Positions 26,982-34,674 of a stretch of DNA of 43,986 bases are shown here, piece after piece. How positions within the stretch are numbered: the first letter of the stretch is position 1; the number at the start of each line of letters is the position of its first letter. Source of the stretch: a virus; the IMG/VR virus record IMGVR_UViG_3300044492_000037, positions 1 through 43,986 of that record, one strand, 5' to 3'. The notes under the pieces are model-generated. The model was not told the origin of the DNA, made no database searches, and saw only the letters and a program-made list of their open reading frames with translations. The translations under genes were made by a program, and so were the position numbers.

Positions 26982-27230
26982 TTAACCTGGGGGCCTCCCC
27001 TCCCTGTTCTTTTGCTCCAGCCGCTCGACACGCTTCCTCAGATCTGCGGTGTGCAGCACCAGATCCGCAATGGTGGAATGCGTCTCGATGCGTAGGTCGT
27101 TGACGCGATCGCGCAGCTCCTTGAAGCCCACCACATAGTCGGCATGCAGCCTGTCGGAGGCGGCCTCAAGCTTGGCTAGGCCCTCACGATCGCCCTGCGC
27201 GATGACGGGTATGATCTTGCCGCCGCTCAT
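26982..27230 (-). CDS. First gene of the late operon: coiled-coil protein (82 aa)
   Basis: ATG at 27228-27230 (MSGGKIIPVIAQGD...) follows CGGGGGCAAGAC. The track start at 27275 lies inside a terminator hairpin. Confidence 0.6.
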   Translation of the reverse strand: MSGGKIIPVIAQGDREGLAKLEAASDRLHADYVVGFKELRDRVNDLRIETHSTIADLVLHTADLRKRVERLEQKNREGRPPG

Positions 27231-27240
27231 GTCTTGCCCC

Positions 27241-27286
27241 CGAAATGAAAGAGGGCGCGCTGCCCTCGCGGACAATACGCGCCCTC
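27241..27286 (-). terminator. Rho-independent terminator between the early-left operon and the late operon
   Basis: On the minus strand: GAGGGCGCG-(18 nt)-CGCGCCCTC, then TTTCATTTC. The stem arms are at 27251-27259 and 27278-27286. The late-operon ATG is 20 nt downstream. Confidence 0.65.
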
Positions 27287-27307
27287 CTGGCCTGTCGTCC
27301 AGGCAGA

Positions 27308-27412
27308 CTAGAGCAGCGACAGAACCCAGAGAGCAAATGCCGTCGTCCAGACAACGATAACGGTATTGGCGAGAGCATTGGTGATCCTGCTCCCTGGCTC
27401 TGGCTCAATCAT
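27308..27412 (-). CDS. Possible 34-aa membrane micro-protein
   Basis: MIEPEPGSRITNALANTVIVVWTTAFALWVLSLL. Its ATG overlaps the stop of the HTH gene (ATGATTGA at 27405-27412). It is too short for the ORF track. Confidence 0.3.
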   Translation of the reverse strand: MIEPEPGSRITNALANTVIVVWTTAFALWVLSLL

Positions 27413-27650
27413 GTTTCCGGCCCTCCAGCGGACTGATCCACTTGGGGACGACCGGCTTGATGCCGTACTCTATCAGCATCCGCAGCAGGATGGCAGACGG
27501 CCCAGGCACCTTGGCGGTGCCTTTGGCGTAGCGGTTGGCGGTGCGCTCGCTGACATCGAGGTAGCGCCCGGCTGCCGCCTGCGACAGTCCAAGCTGCTTG
27601 ATGGCAGTCTTGAACTGGCGCGGCGACATGGTGCGGTCTTGCGTGGTCAT
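27405..27650 (-). CDS. XRE/Cro-CI-type helix-turn-helix regulator (81 aa)
   Basis: SPRQFKTAIKQLGLSQAAAGRYLDVSERTANRYAKG is a canonical HTH_3 pattern. ATG at 27648-27650 overlaps the upstream stop (ATGA). Confidence 0.8.
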   Translation of the reverse strand: MTTQDRTMSPRQFKTAIKQLGLSQAAAGRYLDVSERTANRYAKGTAKVPGPSAILLRMLIEYGIKPVVPKWISPLEGRKHD

Positions 27651-28063
27651 GCGGCCTCCTTGACGAACTTTTTGCGATCGCGCTTCGCGGCCTGCTCGAC
27701 GCGCCTGACGATGATCCTGCGCGCCTCTTCGACCGTAGCCACGCGCTGGGTATTGAAGCCGGGGCCATACTGCTTGCCGTCGCGGGTGGGCGAACCCCAC
27801 AGCTCGACATAGACCATGTCCTCGACGTTCTGGAACTTGTTAGTCCACTTTTGCTTGCGGGCCACATAAGCAGCCTCGTCTGCGAACGGCACGTTGATCA
27901 CGCTGGCGATGCTCCAGGCGTAGCCAACCTTGCGGCCCTTCAGATCGACAAAACCGTGTTCGACCTGACCGGCATCGACCTCATTGCGGATCTGCTCGAT
28001 GGAGGGGAAGTAGTCGCGCTCGACGCCGTAGCCGTCTGTGTCGCGGTAGGAAAAAGCAGCCAT
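27647..28063 (-). CDS. Early protein of unknown function (138 aa), first gene of the leftward early operon
   Basis: ATG at 28061-28063 is preceded by AACAGGAGTTACCCAA. This leader can fold into a hairpin (28074-28092) that partly covers the SD. Confidence 0.7.
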   Translation of the reverse strand: MAAFSYRDTDGYGVERDYFPSIEQIRNEVDAGQVEHGFVDLKGRKVGYAWSIASVINVPFADEAAYVARKQKWTNKFQNVEDMVYVELWGSPTRDGKQYGPGFNTQRVATVEEARRIIVRRVEQAAKRDRKKFVKEAA

Positions 28064-28095
28064 TTGGGTAACTCCTGTTTGCGATGAACAGGCCC

Positions 28096-28124
28096 CTCAT
28101 ACGACAGCCAGACAGGGCTGTCAA
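28096..28124 (-). promoter_or_regulatory. Leftward early promoter with an embedded 20-bp palindromic operator (28103-28122)
   Basis: The minus strand reads TTGACA GCCCTGTCTGGCTGTCG TATGAG (17-nt spacer). The operator is GACAGCC-AGACAG-GGCTGTC. Confidence 0.65.
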
Positions 28125-28151
28125 CAGGTCAAAATAATCTGAAATACCCAG

Positions 28152-28180
28152 TTGACAGCCCTGACAGGCTGTCGTAAACC
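28152..28180 (+). promoter_or_regulatory. Rightward early promoter with an embedded 20-bp palindromic operator (28154-28173)
   Basis: TTGACA GCCCTGACAGGCTGTCG TAAACC (17-nt spacer). The operator is GACAGCC-CTGACA-GGCTGTC. It is a near mirror image of the leftward promoter, 28 bp away. Confidence 0.65.
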
Positions 28181-28224
28181 ACCATCACTGAACCGGCCAC
28201 CCGGCCATCACATAGGAGCTTCCA

Positions 28225-28470
28225 ATGTCCAGCATTCAGACCCTGATCGACCTCTTCATCGACACGCCCTCCCTGGCAAACGCCCGGAAGCTGGTCGCGA
28301 AGACCACCCACAACCCCATGTCCATGTGCCTGATCTCGGAGGATCACGCAGGCATGGTCCGCAACGCGGAGCGCATGGTGGCTGACGCCAAAAACCCGGC
28401 CAAGCTGAAAGAAACCATGCAGGCTGAACTGCGCGCCCGCTTCAAGGGCATAAATATCGAAGTCATCTGA
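28225..28470 (+). CDS. Early protein, unknown function (81 aa)
   Basis: ATG at 28225 follows CATCACATAGGAGCTTCCA. Confidence 0.65.
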   Translation: MSSIQTLIDLFIDTPSLANARKLVAKTTHNPMSMCLISEDHAGMVRNAERMVADAKNPAKLKETMQAELRARFKGINIEVI

Positions 28471-28509
28471 GCCTACCGTCCATCACCATCACAACTGGAG
28501 ACTACGACT

Positions 28510-28833
28510 ATGACCAAGACCAACCTTACGGCCCTGATCGACAGCTTTGGCGCCCTCAAGGCGCAGCAGGCTGAACTCGCCATCCAAGAGAAGGCGCTCA
28601 AGGCGGCGCTGGCTGACCTCGATGTCGGCGCCTACGAGGGCGAGCAGTTTCGCCTCAACATCACGGCCCCGGAGCGCGAGACGCTCTCGGACGAGCTGAA
28701 GGCCCGCACCAAGGAGGTTGTCGAAACCTTCCACGCCAGCCTGTCGTGCCAGTACCGCACGGCGCACATCACCAAGGTGCCGACACGCACCCTCACTGTC
28801 CGCGCCCGCAGCGGCAAGTCGCTGGAGGCTTGA
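28510..28833 (+). CDS. Early protein, unknown function (107 aa; coiled-coil N-terminus)
   Basis: ATG at 28510 follows CATCACAACTGGAGACTACGACT. Confidence 0.65.
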   Translation: MTKTNLTALIDSFGALKAQQAELAIQEKALKAALADLDVGAYEGEQFRLNITAPERETLSDELKARTKEVVETFHASLSCQYRTAHITKVPTRTLTVRARSGKSLEA

Positions 28834-28838
28834 GCAAC

Positions 28839-29045
28839 ATGAGCCTCAAGCCCTTCACTGATCACATTGCCAGCGTGGCCCGCGAACACGGCTACGTCAT
28901 GGGCCTCGGCGCCGCGCTCGACATCCTACGCGAGCATGGCGTCGATGTCCGGCACCCGGCCCGCAAGGCGATCTACGCGGCGCTGATGGCGCCGGTCCCT
29001 GACGAGGTGAAAACCTCCCCGGCAGTTGCTACCTTGGAGAAATGA
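28839..29045 (+). CDS. Early protein, unknown function (68 aa)
   Basis: ATG at 28839 (MSLKPFTDHIASV...) has GGAGG 10 nt upstream. The track start at 28746 overlaps the previous gene. Confidence 0.55.
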   Translation: MSLKPFTDHIASVAREHGYVMGLGAALDILREHGVDVRHPARKAIYAALMAPVPDEVKTSPAVATLEK

Positions 29046-29455
29046 CAGACCTCCCGGCCAACCTCGCCCAGGCCTGCGAAATCTGGGCGAGGCTTGAGGC
29101 CCACCTGATCGAATACTGCGGCTTAGGGCAGAGCGTCTCCCTGGAGAGGGAACGCCCTGCCCTTATCCGTCTTATGGTAGCGGCGCTAGACGGTTCCCCG
29201 CCTGCCCCGGCACCCGTCATCGCTGCTGCCCCCCACCTTGAGCCTCCAGCTCCCCAGCTCCCGGCCAGGGTGGGTGCGGCGGTCTGGTATCGCGGGATAG
29301 ACCTCCCGCCTCCAGACCTGTCAGCAACCAGAGCAGACGGGCCAGGGTTTGATTGCCGCCAGTGCGGGCGGCGGGTCCGCGGCGCGAGGCATAGTGACCC
29401 CAGGCTTCTCTGCCCAACATGCACACTGTCAGAAGGCCACAGCTCGCAAGCATAA
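29042..29455 (+). CDS. Early protein with a C-terminal CxxC...CxxC zinc ribbon (137 aa)
   Basis: ATGA overlap at 29042. The zinc ribbon reads CRQCGRRVRGARHSDPRLLCPTC. The 3-prime 239 nt are antisense to a convergent ORF. Confidence 0.55.
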   Translation: MTDLPANLAQACEIWARLEAHLIEYCGLGQSVSLERERPALIRLMVAALDGSPPAPAPVIAAAPHLEPPAPQLPARVGAAVWYRGIDLPPPDLSATRADGPGFDCRQCGRRVRGARHSDPRLLCPTCTLSEGHSSQA

Positions 29456-29855
29456 GTAGCAGTATCCCGGTCAGCCTGTCCGGCCATGCGGAAGGCTGCC
29501 TTGCTTGCTCAACTGGGGGTGGGTTGTCGTCCAGGCGCCGGGGAGTAAACTCTGGCGAGTTTACCCCCCGGTCATCGAACACCCAGGTCAGCGGCCCCGT
29601 CTCGGCAACGGCGATCGCTGGAGCCGTGTCACCATTGTCCCTTGCGCGCACGGGAGACGAAAAGCTGCGCCCCGTTTTTGGGGTGCTGCTTTTCGTTGGT
29701 CCCCAGCACCGCTTGCCGCCCTCACCGTGCCATCGCAGCCCGAAACCATAGGCCGCCCTGGCCTGGGCGTGGGTCAGGCATGCGCTATTTGCCTCAGAGG
29801 CCACTGACCCCAGGGCTAGACCGATTAACAGCATCCTGGCGCGTTTCCCGGTCAT
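29217..29855 (-). CDS. Secreted/membrane-anchored protein (212 aa from MTGKRARMLL...)
   Basis: It has a signal-peptide-like MLLIGLALGSVASEANSA, then CLTHAQARAAYGFGLRWHGEGGKRCWGP. By eye this is a motif common in small alphaproteobacterial exported proteins. A Pro-rich linker and a TM segment LTGILLLMLASCGLLTVCML follow. The Arg-rich tail may be read-through with no function. Confidence 0.5.
   Translation of the reverse strand: MTGKRARMLLIGLALGSVASEANSACLTHAQARAAYGFGLRWHGEGGKRCWGPTKSSTPKTGRSFSSPVRARDNGDTAPAIAVAETGPLTWVFDDRGVNSPEFTPRRLDDNPPPVEQARQPSAWPDRLTGILLLMLASCGLLTVCMLGREAWGHYASRRGPAARTGGNQTLARLLWLLTGLEAGGLSRDTRPPHPPWPGAGELEAQGGGQQR
29538..29571. terminator. Strong 15-bp hairpin (one mismatch, 4-nt loop) in the convergence zone of the two early operons
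   Basis: ccggggagtaaactc tggc gagtttaccccccgg. There is no U-tract on either strand, and it lies inside the 29217-29855 ORF. Confidence 0.35.
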
Positions 29856-30207
29856 CCTCGGCCCCTCTGATAAGCGGCCCGGCAGGCACGTCGAAGGCCT
29901 TGAGCTGGGCCATGATGCCGACAAACAGCGCCTCCCACTTGATCCGCTCGGCCACTGTCTGGTCGCGCAGCGCAATGGTATCGGCCATCCGGCTCTCCAT
30001 CTGCGCCGCGTAGCTGGACTGTGCCTCCAGGGCGATCTTGCAGCTCGTCAGCTCGGCCCGCAGTCGCTCGGCCTCCTGCCGGAAGCTGTCGCGCTCCTGC
30101 ACCATCTTCTGCCACTGCGTCAGGCCATGCGACACCGCCGCCTGGGCCACGTCGTCGAGGCTGTTGACCTCATGCGGCCCGCCGTTCAAACCGTTCGTTT
30201 CGTTCAT
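29794..30207 (-). CDS. Coiled-coil protein, unknown function (137 aa)
   Basis: ATG at 30205-30207 abuts the upstream TAA. A heptad-like helical sequence is present. Confidence 0.65.
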   Translation of the reverse strand: MNETNGLNGGPHEVNSLDDVAQAAVSHGLTQWQKMVQERDSFRQEAERLRAELTSCKIALEAQSSYAAQMESRMADTIALRDQTVAERIKWEALFVGIMAQLKAFDVPAGPLIRGAEDDRETRQDAVNRSSPGVSGL

Positions 30208-30690
30208 TTAGCCCTCCTTCGCTTGCTTGGATGCCAGCCACTTTTCATGCTCTTCCTTTTCCTTCGCGTCCTTCTCCCGCTGGCGCGGCACCTCGTCCTT
30301 GAGCCACTCCTCGACGCTGTCCCAGGTGTTTTCCTCCAGCCTCTCCACCCGGCCCGTGGGCTGCTTGATGGCGCTGTCTTCGTCGATCCCATGCACGGTG
30401 ATGGGCGTGACGCCGTAGGCATTGATCCTCCAGGCGATCACGCTGTCGGCAATGACCTCGACGAGGCCATTCTCGCCAAGCCAGATCCGCAGCAGCTCGA
30501 AACCGGGCTGGGCTGGAATGACCGGATCGAGCATGCTGCTGATCCTGTCGGTGTCCTGCCAGAACTCGACGGTCGAGCCATCGCGCAGCTTGGCTATCGT
30601 GGCAGCTTCCACGCCACGTCCCACCGATCGCATGGTGACGATCTGGTCGAGCGCCACCTCGCCACTGCTTTTGCTGTGTAGAAACCTCAT
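30208..30690 (-). CDS. Hypothetical protein (160 aa)
   Basis: ATG at 30688-30690 (MRFLHSKSSGEV...) overlaps the upstream stop (ATGA). The track N-terminal extension is Arg/His-rich junk. Confidence 0.65.
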   Translation of the reverse strand: MRFLHSKSSGEVALDQIVTMRSVGRGVEAATIAKLRDGSTVEFWQDTDRISSMLDPVIPAQPGFELLRIWLGENGLVEVIADSVIAWRINAYGVTPITVHGIDEDSAIKQPTGRVERLEENTWDSVEEWLKDEVPRQREKDAKEKEEHEKWLASKQAKEG

Positions 30691-31337
30691 CGCCTGCCCT
30701 CCTGTTTTCTGCCCAGCGGGGTGCCGCGCAGGATGTCGTCGATGTCCTCCCAGGGGTCGTCCAGATGCCTTGCCCTGGCGGGTATGTCCTTGATGGGGTC
30801 TGTAGGCCCGCGGGTGCGGGTCACCTCGGCGCCGGGCCATTGCAGCTTGGCCTTCATCACGTCCGGCCACAGCAGCATCATGTTGGCGACCTCATCCAGG
30901 GTGTAGATGACCGTCCTGCGACCGCCTGCAACTTGCGGGGCGTGGGCGCTGGTGCGGATAATCGCCAGGACGGTGCCATCGGCCAGGGCGACCTCCCAAA
31001 CGCCGCCGTGCAGCTTCTCTGCGCCGCTGTCGATCGCCGCCTGATTGAGGGTGCGCCACGCCAGGATCATGCGGTGGCCCTCGCGCTCCACCTCGACCAG
31101 CTCGCCGTGCATGATGGCTGAGTTCAACTTGAACCTCTGCCGGTCGAACTTCTCGCGCAGATCCTCTGGGACGAGGAGCCGCAGGCGATCGACACCCCAG
31201 TACGCCTCCATCTCGATCGCCAGGGCGTCTACGCCGTCCAGCACGGCCCGCCCCGACAGGTAGGTCGCGTAGCTCTGCTCCCAGGCCGCCGACACGGGGC
31301 TGGGATTATGCTCTGCCTTCTTCTTTGAACTCGCCAA
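30687..31337 (-). CDS. Hypothetical protein (216 aa), TTG start
   Basis: The TTG at 31335-31337 is preceded by the conserved leader ACCATCACAAAGGAGAGACAGTC. Confidence 0.65.
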   Translation of the reverse strand: MASSKKKAEHNPSPVSAAWEQSYATYLSGRAVLDGVDALAIEMEAYWGVDRLRLLVPEDLREKFDRQRFKLNSAIMHGELVEVEREGHRMILAWRTLNQAAIDSGAEKLHGGVWEVALADGTVLAIIRTSAHAPQVAGGRRTVIYTLDEVANMMLLWPDVMKAKLQWPGAEVTRTRGPTDPIKDIPARARHLDDPWEDIDDILRGTPLGRKQEGRR

Positions 31338-31419
31338 GACTGTCTCTCCTTTGTGATGGTTTTTGCCCCACTCCCGCAGGGGGGTGAGCTGTGTGCGAAC
31401 CCCCCCGTAGGGGTAGAAA

Positions 31420-31551
31420 TACTTCCGGTTATTTTCCCTTACTTTCCTTCAACGAAAACAAGGACTTAACAAACCACGTTCTGTTACTTCCGCATTTTAC
31501 TTTATCCCTGTGTTTTCAATGGCTTACGGAAGTGGAACTTTGCTACTTCCG
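31420..31551. repeat. Iteron-like array in an AT-rich intergenic region: TACTTCCG three times direct and once inverted
   Basis: TACTTCCG occurs at 31420-31427, 31485-31492 and 31544-31551. CGGAAGTG (inverted) is at 31527-31534. Each direct copy is followed within 2-4 nt by a T-rich run (ttatttt / cattttac / ccgctttta). A degenerate ACTTTCC lies at 31441. Confidence 0.7.
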
Positions 31552-31563
31552 CCGCTTTTATTC

Positions 31564-33720
31564 CTAAATATTGATCAGTTTGCGGTAGCCCTTCAGCTTG
31601 TCCTTGGCCGAATAGACCTCCTCCACGATCACCTCGTTTGCCAGCCAGTAGTCGATCAGCTTCTTCACCTTGTCCCGCTTGATCCGGTGCTTGAGCGCCA
31701 GCATCTTCACTGCCGGGCGAGCTGCGTTGGCGGCGTGACTGAACGGGGCGCCGCGCTTCCATGCCGTGTCGATCTCCTCCAGCAGCATCAGGCAAGTGGG
31801 CCGGTCAGGCATGCTGTCGTCAGCCGGTGGGGTTGGGATCGCGTCCAGCACCAGGGACGAGTTGACCGGCATGCCGCCCAGGTCGAGCTTGCTGATCCTG
31901 AAATGCTGCTCCCAGCCATCCTCGGCATCCTTGATCTTCTTGGCGACGATCGATCCCTGCATGGCCCCAGGCTCGCGCTTGACCTCAAGCAGGAAGTCGC
32001 CAGCGCCGGGGATGACGGTCGAGCCGCGAAAGCCGCCCTGGGCATTGGTGTGGTGCAGGCCAATGACCACGGTGCCGAAACGCTCCCGCACCTGGGCGCA
32101 GGCCTCGACGAACAGCGTCATATCCTTCTGGAGGTTCTCCTCGGCGCCGGGCAGCACCTTGGAGACGGTATCGACAAAGATCGCCGCAGTGGGGCAACCG
32201 GCCCTGACGATCGCCGCCTCGACCGTCGCCAGGAGCTTGCCGACATCCTCGGCCTTCATGAAGTTGATGCTTTCCTTCAGCAGGAAGAACGGCGTGTCGC
32301 GGATGTTGACGCCGTGGTGATTGGCCCAGGCCTGGAGCCGGTACTTCATCGAGCTGTGGCCCTCGCTGGAAATGTAGATGACGGCCCCATGCTGGCGCAC
32401 GGCGCGGCCCCACCACGCCGCCTGCTTGGTCACCAGCGCCATTGCCATGCCCAGCGCCAGAAACGTCTTGGCGGCGCCCGGCGGGCCGAAAATGAAGCCC
32501 AGGGCATGCTCGACGATGAGGCCCTCGATCTGCCAGACGGCATCCGGCATATCGAGGATCTGGTTAGTGTCGAGCAGCTCAAACTGCGCCGCCGGGTTAG
32601 CCCTGGCGGCCGCCTCTGCACTGGTGACGGCCTGCTGAAACACCGGCCCAGTAAATGCCGGTGTGGCATTGGGGTTGGGGACGCTGGCCTTCTCGGCCAC
32701 GTCCGCGTCCCACCTCGCCATTAGGCGTTGCCATTTTGTCCACCACTCCGTTGGCCCGCGCCCTTCCGCCTCTAGCGCCTCCCACTTGTTCTGGCCTGGA
32801 TGGTCGCGCTGCGGCGCCACCGTGCGCTCGTAGACCGTGTACTCGTCGGCTGCCCTGTCGTGGCTCTCGGCCTCGCTGGGCCGGTCTGGCCGCTCGCGGC
32901 GCCAGTTGACGATCGCCGCATGCACCATGTCGCGCATGTGCTTTTCGCGACCGTCGATGATGTCCTGGGCGAGGCCGAATGCGTCCGGCTGGCGCACCGG
33001 CCCGGTTGCCTGGGCGATGGCGGCGTTCCACATTTGCGACACGGCCTCGACCGGCGTGGGCGCATTCAATTGCGCCCCCAGCTCCGTTGCCCCGTAGCTG
33101 GCCTTGGCGCCGGGCGGGTACAGCAGATCCGTCAGCTCCTCGATGCGGCCATCCTTCACCGGCCACGCCACGCTGCCCGCCAGCCGCATGACGCGGGAGG
33201 GATTGGACACGGTGGGGTCGCCATCCAGCTCCCTGGCCTTGGCCTTCAGCAGGAGCTGGGCTTGGCCGGGATCTGTGATGGGGCTGTCCAGCTTCCACCA
33301 GAGCTGCGCCCTGGGCGCCGGGACGAGGCCGGTGACCACCACCAGGGTGGGCTTCAGCTCGCCGTACTTGGTCTTGGCGCCTGCCACGGCGCCGGGCTTG
33401 TCGAGATCGACGTAGGCGCACGTCAGCGCCAGGAAATCGGCGTCCTTGGCCCTGGCAAAGGGCGCCGTGCCGGGCTGGCGCAGGGCGGCGCCTATGTAGA
33501 CGTTGCTGCCCTTGGCGTTGGTGACGGCGGCATCCCGCACCAGTATGTCGAGCCGGTTGAGCGGGTAGAGCTGGCCGTGCTTGACGGCGCGATCGCCTGG
33601 GCTGTTCCAGGCCAGCTCGATGAGGCCATACTGGAAGACCCCTAAATCACCCCCGAATAGATGGGTTATGTGCGCCAGCATGTTGACGCTGGACGGGACG
33701 AGTGGCATTGCGCTATCCAT
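31564..33720 (-). CDS. Primase-helicase fusion: N-terminal AEP/PrimPol-like primase plus C-terminal RecA-fold (RepA/DnaB-like, AAA_25-type) ATPase (718 aa)
   Basis: The primase part has the acidic motif AYVDLD and the motif VMRLAGSVAWPVK. The ATPase part has Walker A GPPGAAKT, Walker B AAIFVDT and GLHHTN. Confidence 0.85.
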   Translation of the reverse strand: MDSAMPLVPSSVNMLAHITHLFGGDLGVFQYGLIELAWNSPGDRAVKHGQLYPLNRLDILVRDAAVTNAKGSNVYIGAALRQPGTAPFARAKDADFLALTCAYVDLDKPGAVAGAKTKYGELKPTLVVVTGLVPAPRAQLWWKLDSPITDPGQAQLLLKAKARELDGDPTVSNPSRVMRLAGSVAWPVKDGRIEELTDLLYPPGAKASYGATELGAQLNAPTPVEAVSQMWNAAIAQATGPVRQPDAFGLAQDIIDGREKHMRDMVHAAIVNWRRERPDRPSEAESHDRAADEYTVYERTVAPQRDHPGQNKWEALEAEGRGPTEWWTKWQRLMARWDADVAEKASVPNPNATPAFTGPVFQQAVTSAEAAARANPAAQFELLDTNQILDMPDAVWQIEGLIVEHALGFIFGPPGAAKTFLALGMAMALVTKQAAWWGRAVRQHGAVIYISSEGHSSMKYRLQAWANHHGVNIRDTPFFLLKESINFMKAEDVGKLLATVEAAIVRAGCPTAAIFVDTVSKVLPGAEENLQKDMTLFVEACAQVRERFGTVVIGLHHTNAQGGFRGSTVIPGAGDFLLEVKREPGAMQGSIVAKKIKDAEDGWEQHFRISKLDLGGMPVNSSLVLDAIPTPPADDSMPDRPTCLMLLEEIDTAWKRGAPFSHAANAARPAVKMLALKHRIKRDKVKKLIDYWLANEVIVEEVYSAKDKLKGYRKLINI

Positions 33721-33763
33721 TGGGAAGCCCCTGTTGTTTGATCGATGGCACGGGTCTTAAAAG

Positions 33764-33791
33764 CGCCGGGACATTCCGCAATGTCCCGGCG
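33764..33791. terminator. Bidirectional-looking rho-independent terminator directly upstream of the primase-helicase RBS
   Basis: cgccgggacat tccgca atgtcccggcg forms an 11-bp stem. It is flanked by cttaaaag on the left and tttatcatttc on the right, so a U-tract exists on both strands. On the minus strand the next element is AAACAACAGGGGCTTCCCA ATG. Confidence 0.65.
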
Positions 33792-33805
33792 TTTATCATT
33801 TCAGC

Positions 33806-34612
33806 TCAGCCGAAATCGCTGGCCGATACTGTCCGCTGCTGCTGCGGCGCCTGCTGCTGTGGCTGTGCGTCCCACGGCGGCGTATTGCCGTTCTGCGGCG
33901 GCGCTGCTCTCTGGGCGCCGGTTTGCGGTGCAGCCTGCTGCCCCTGCGGGTAGGCTTGGGCGAACTGCGACTGCTGCGGGGCCGCATGCTGCTGTGGTGC
34001 AGCCTGCGTGGCTTGCGCCCTGGGGATGAACACCAGATCGCCGCGTGGCTGCCAGCCAATGATGCGAAACACCGGCTGGTAGTTGGTCGATGACCGGATG
34101 CCCTGGCCGGTTGTCACCGGCAGCGTGGCCTCCAGCGTGATGACCGGCAGCAGGCCTGGGTGCTTGTCCTTCTCGGCCTTGTAGTCGAGATAGACGAGGC
34201 CAAACCCGTTCCTGAAAGCATCGGCGGTGCCGGTGATCTCGCGGATGGAAGGTTTGCCCTGCGCGCAGTCGTTCGACAGCTTCAACATGAAGCGGACGCC
34301 GGACTTGTGCTGGTCTGAGGGCTGCGGCGGGAGCTGGTGACCGTGCGGCACCAGCACCATCGACGGTGCTTGGCCGGGCGTGAACAGCATGTAGCCATAC
34401 TCGATGTTCTCGAAATCGACGATCGCCGTGAACTTGGGGTTCGTGGTGATGTCGGTTTTCGTCACGCCATAGTTGCCGCTGGCGTCCTGGCCGCGATCGT
34501 CGCGAAACATGCGACCGGCTTTGGCGTCGTATCGGCAGATGATAGCAAACGGCTCTCCGTTGCCGCCGCCTTTCCGCATGGGTAGTCCAAATGCGTCTAG
34601 TACATTCGACAT
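33806..34612 (-). CDS. Probable single-stranded-DNA-binding protein (268 aa): globular N-domain, Q/P-rich linker and an ...SASDFG tip
   Basis: The architecture resembles an SSB: ~200-aa folded part, then AQATQAAPQQHAAPQQSQFAQAYPQGQQAAPQTG...PQQQAPQQQ, ending in Asp-Phe-Gly. It lies inside the replication/recombination module. This is an inference, not a motif match. Confidence 0.45.
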   Translation of the reverse strand: MSNVLDAFGLPMRKGGGNGEPFAIICRYDAKAGRMFRDDRGQDASGNYGVTKTDITTNPKFTAIVDFENIEYGYMLFTPGQAPSMVLVPHGHQLPPQPSDQHKSGVRFMLKLSNDCAQGKPSIREITGTADAFRNGFGLVYLDYKAEKDKHPGLLPVITLEATLPVTTGQGIRSSTNYQPVFRIIGWQPRGDLVFIPRAQATQAAPQQHAAPQQSQFAQAYPQGQQAAPQTGAQRAAPPQNGNTPPWDAQPQQQAPQQQRTVSASDFG

Positions 34613-34674
34613 GATGTCGTCTCCAACGCAGCGAAAGGCTCGCTGCCAGCCACACCGGATATCCCGGTATTGGA

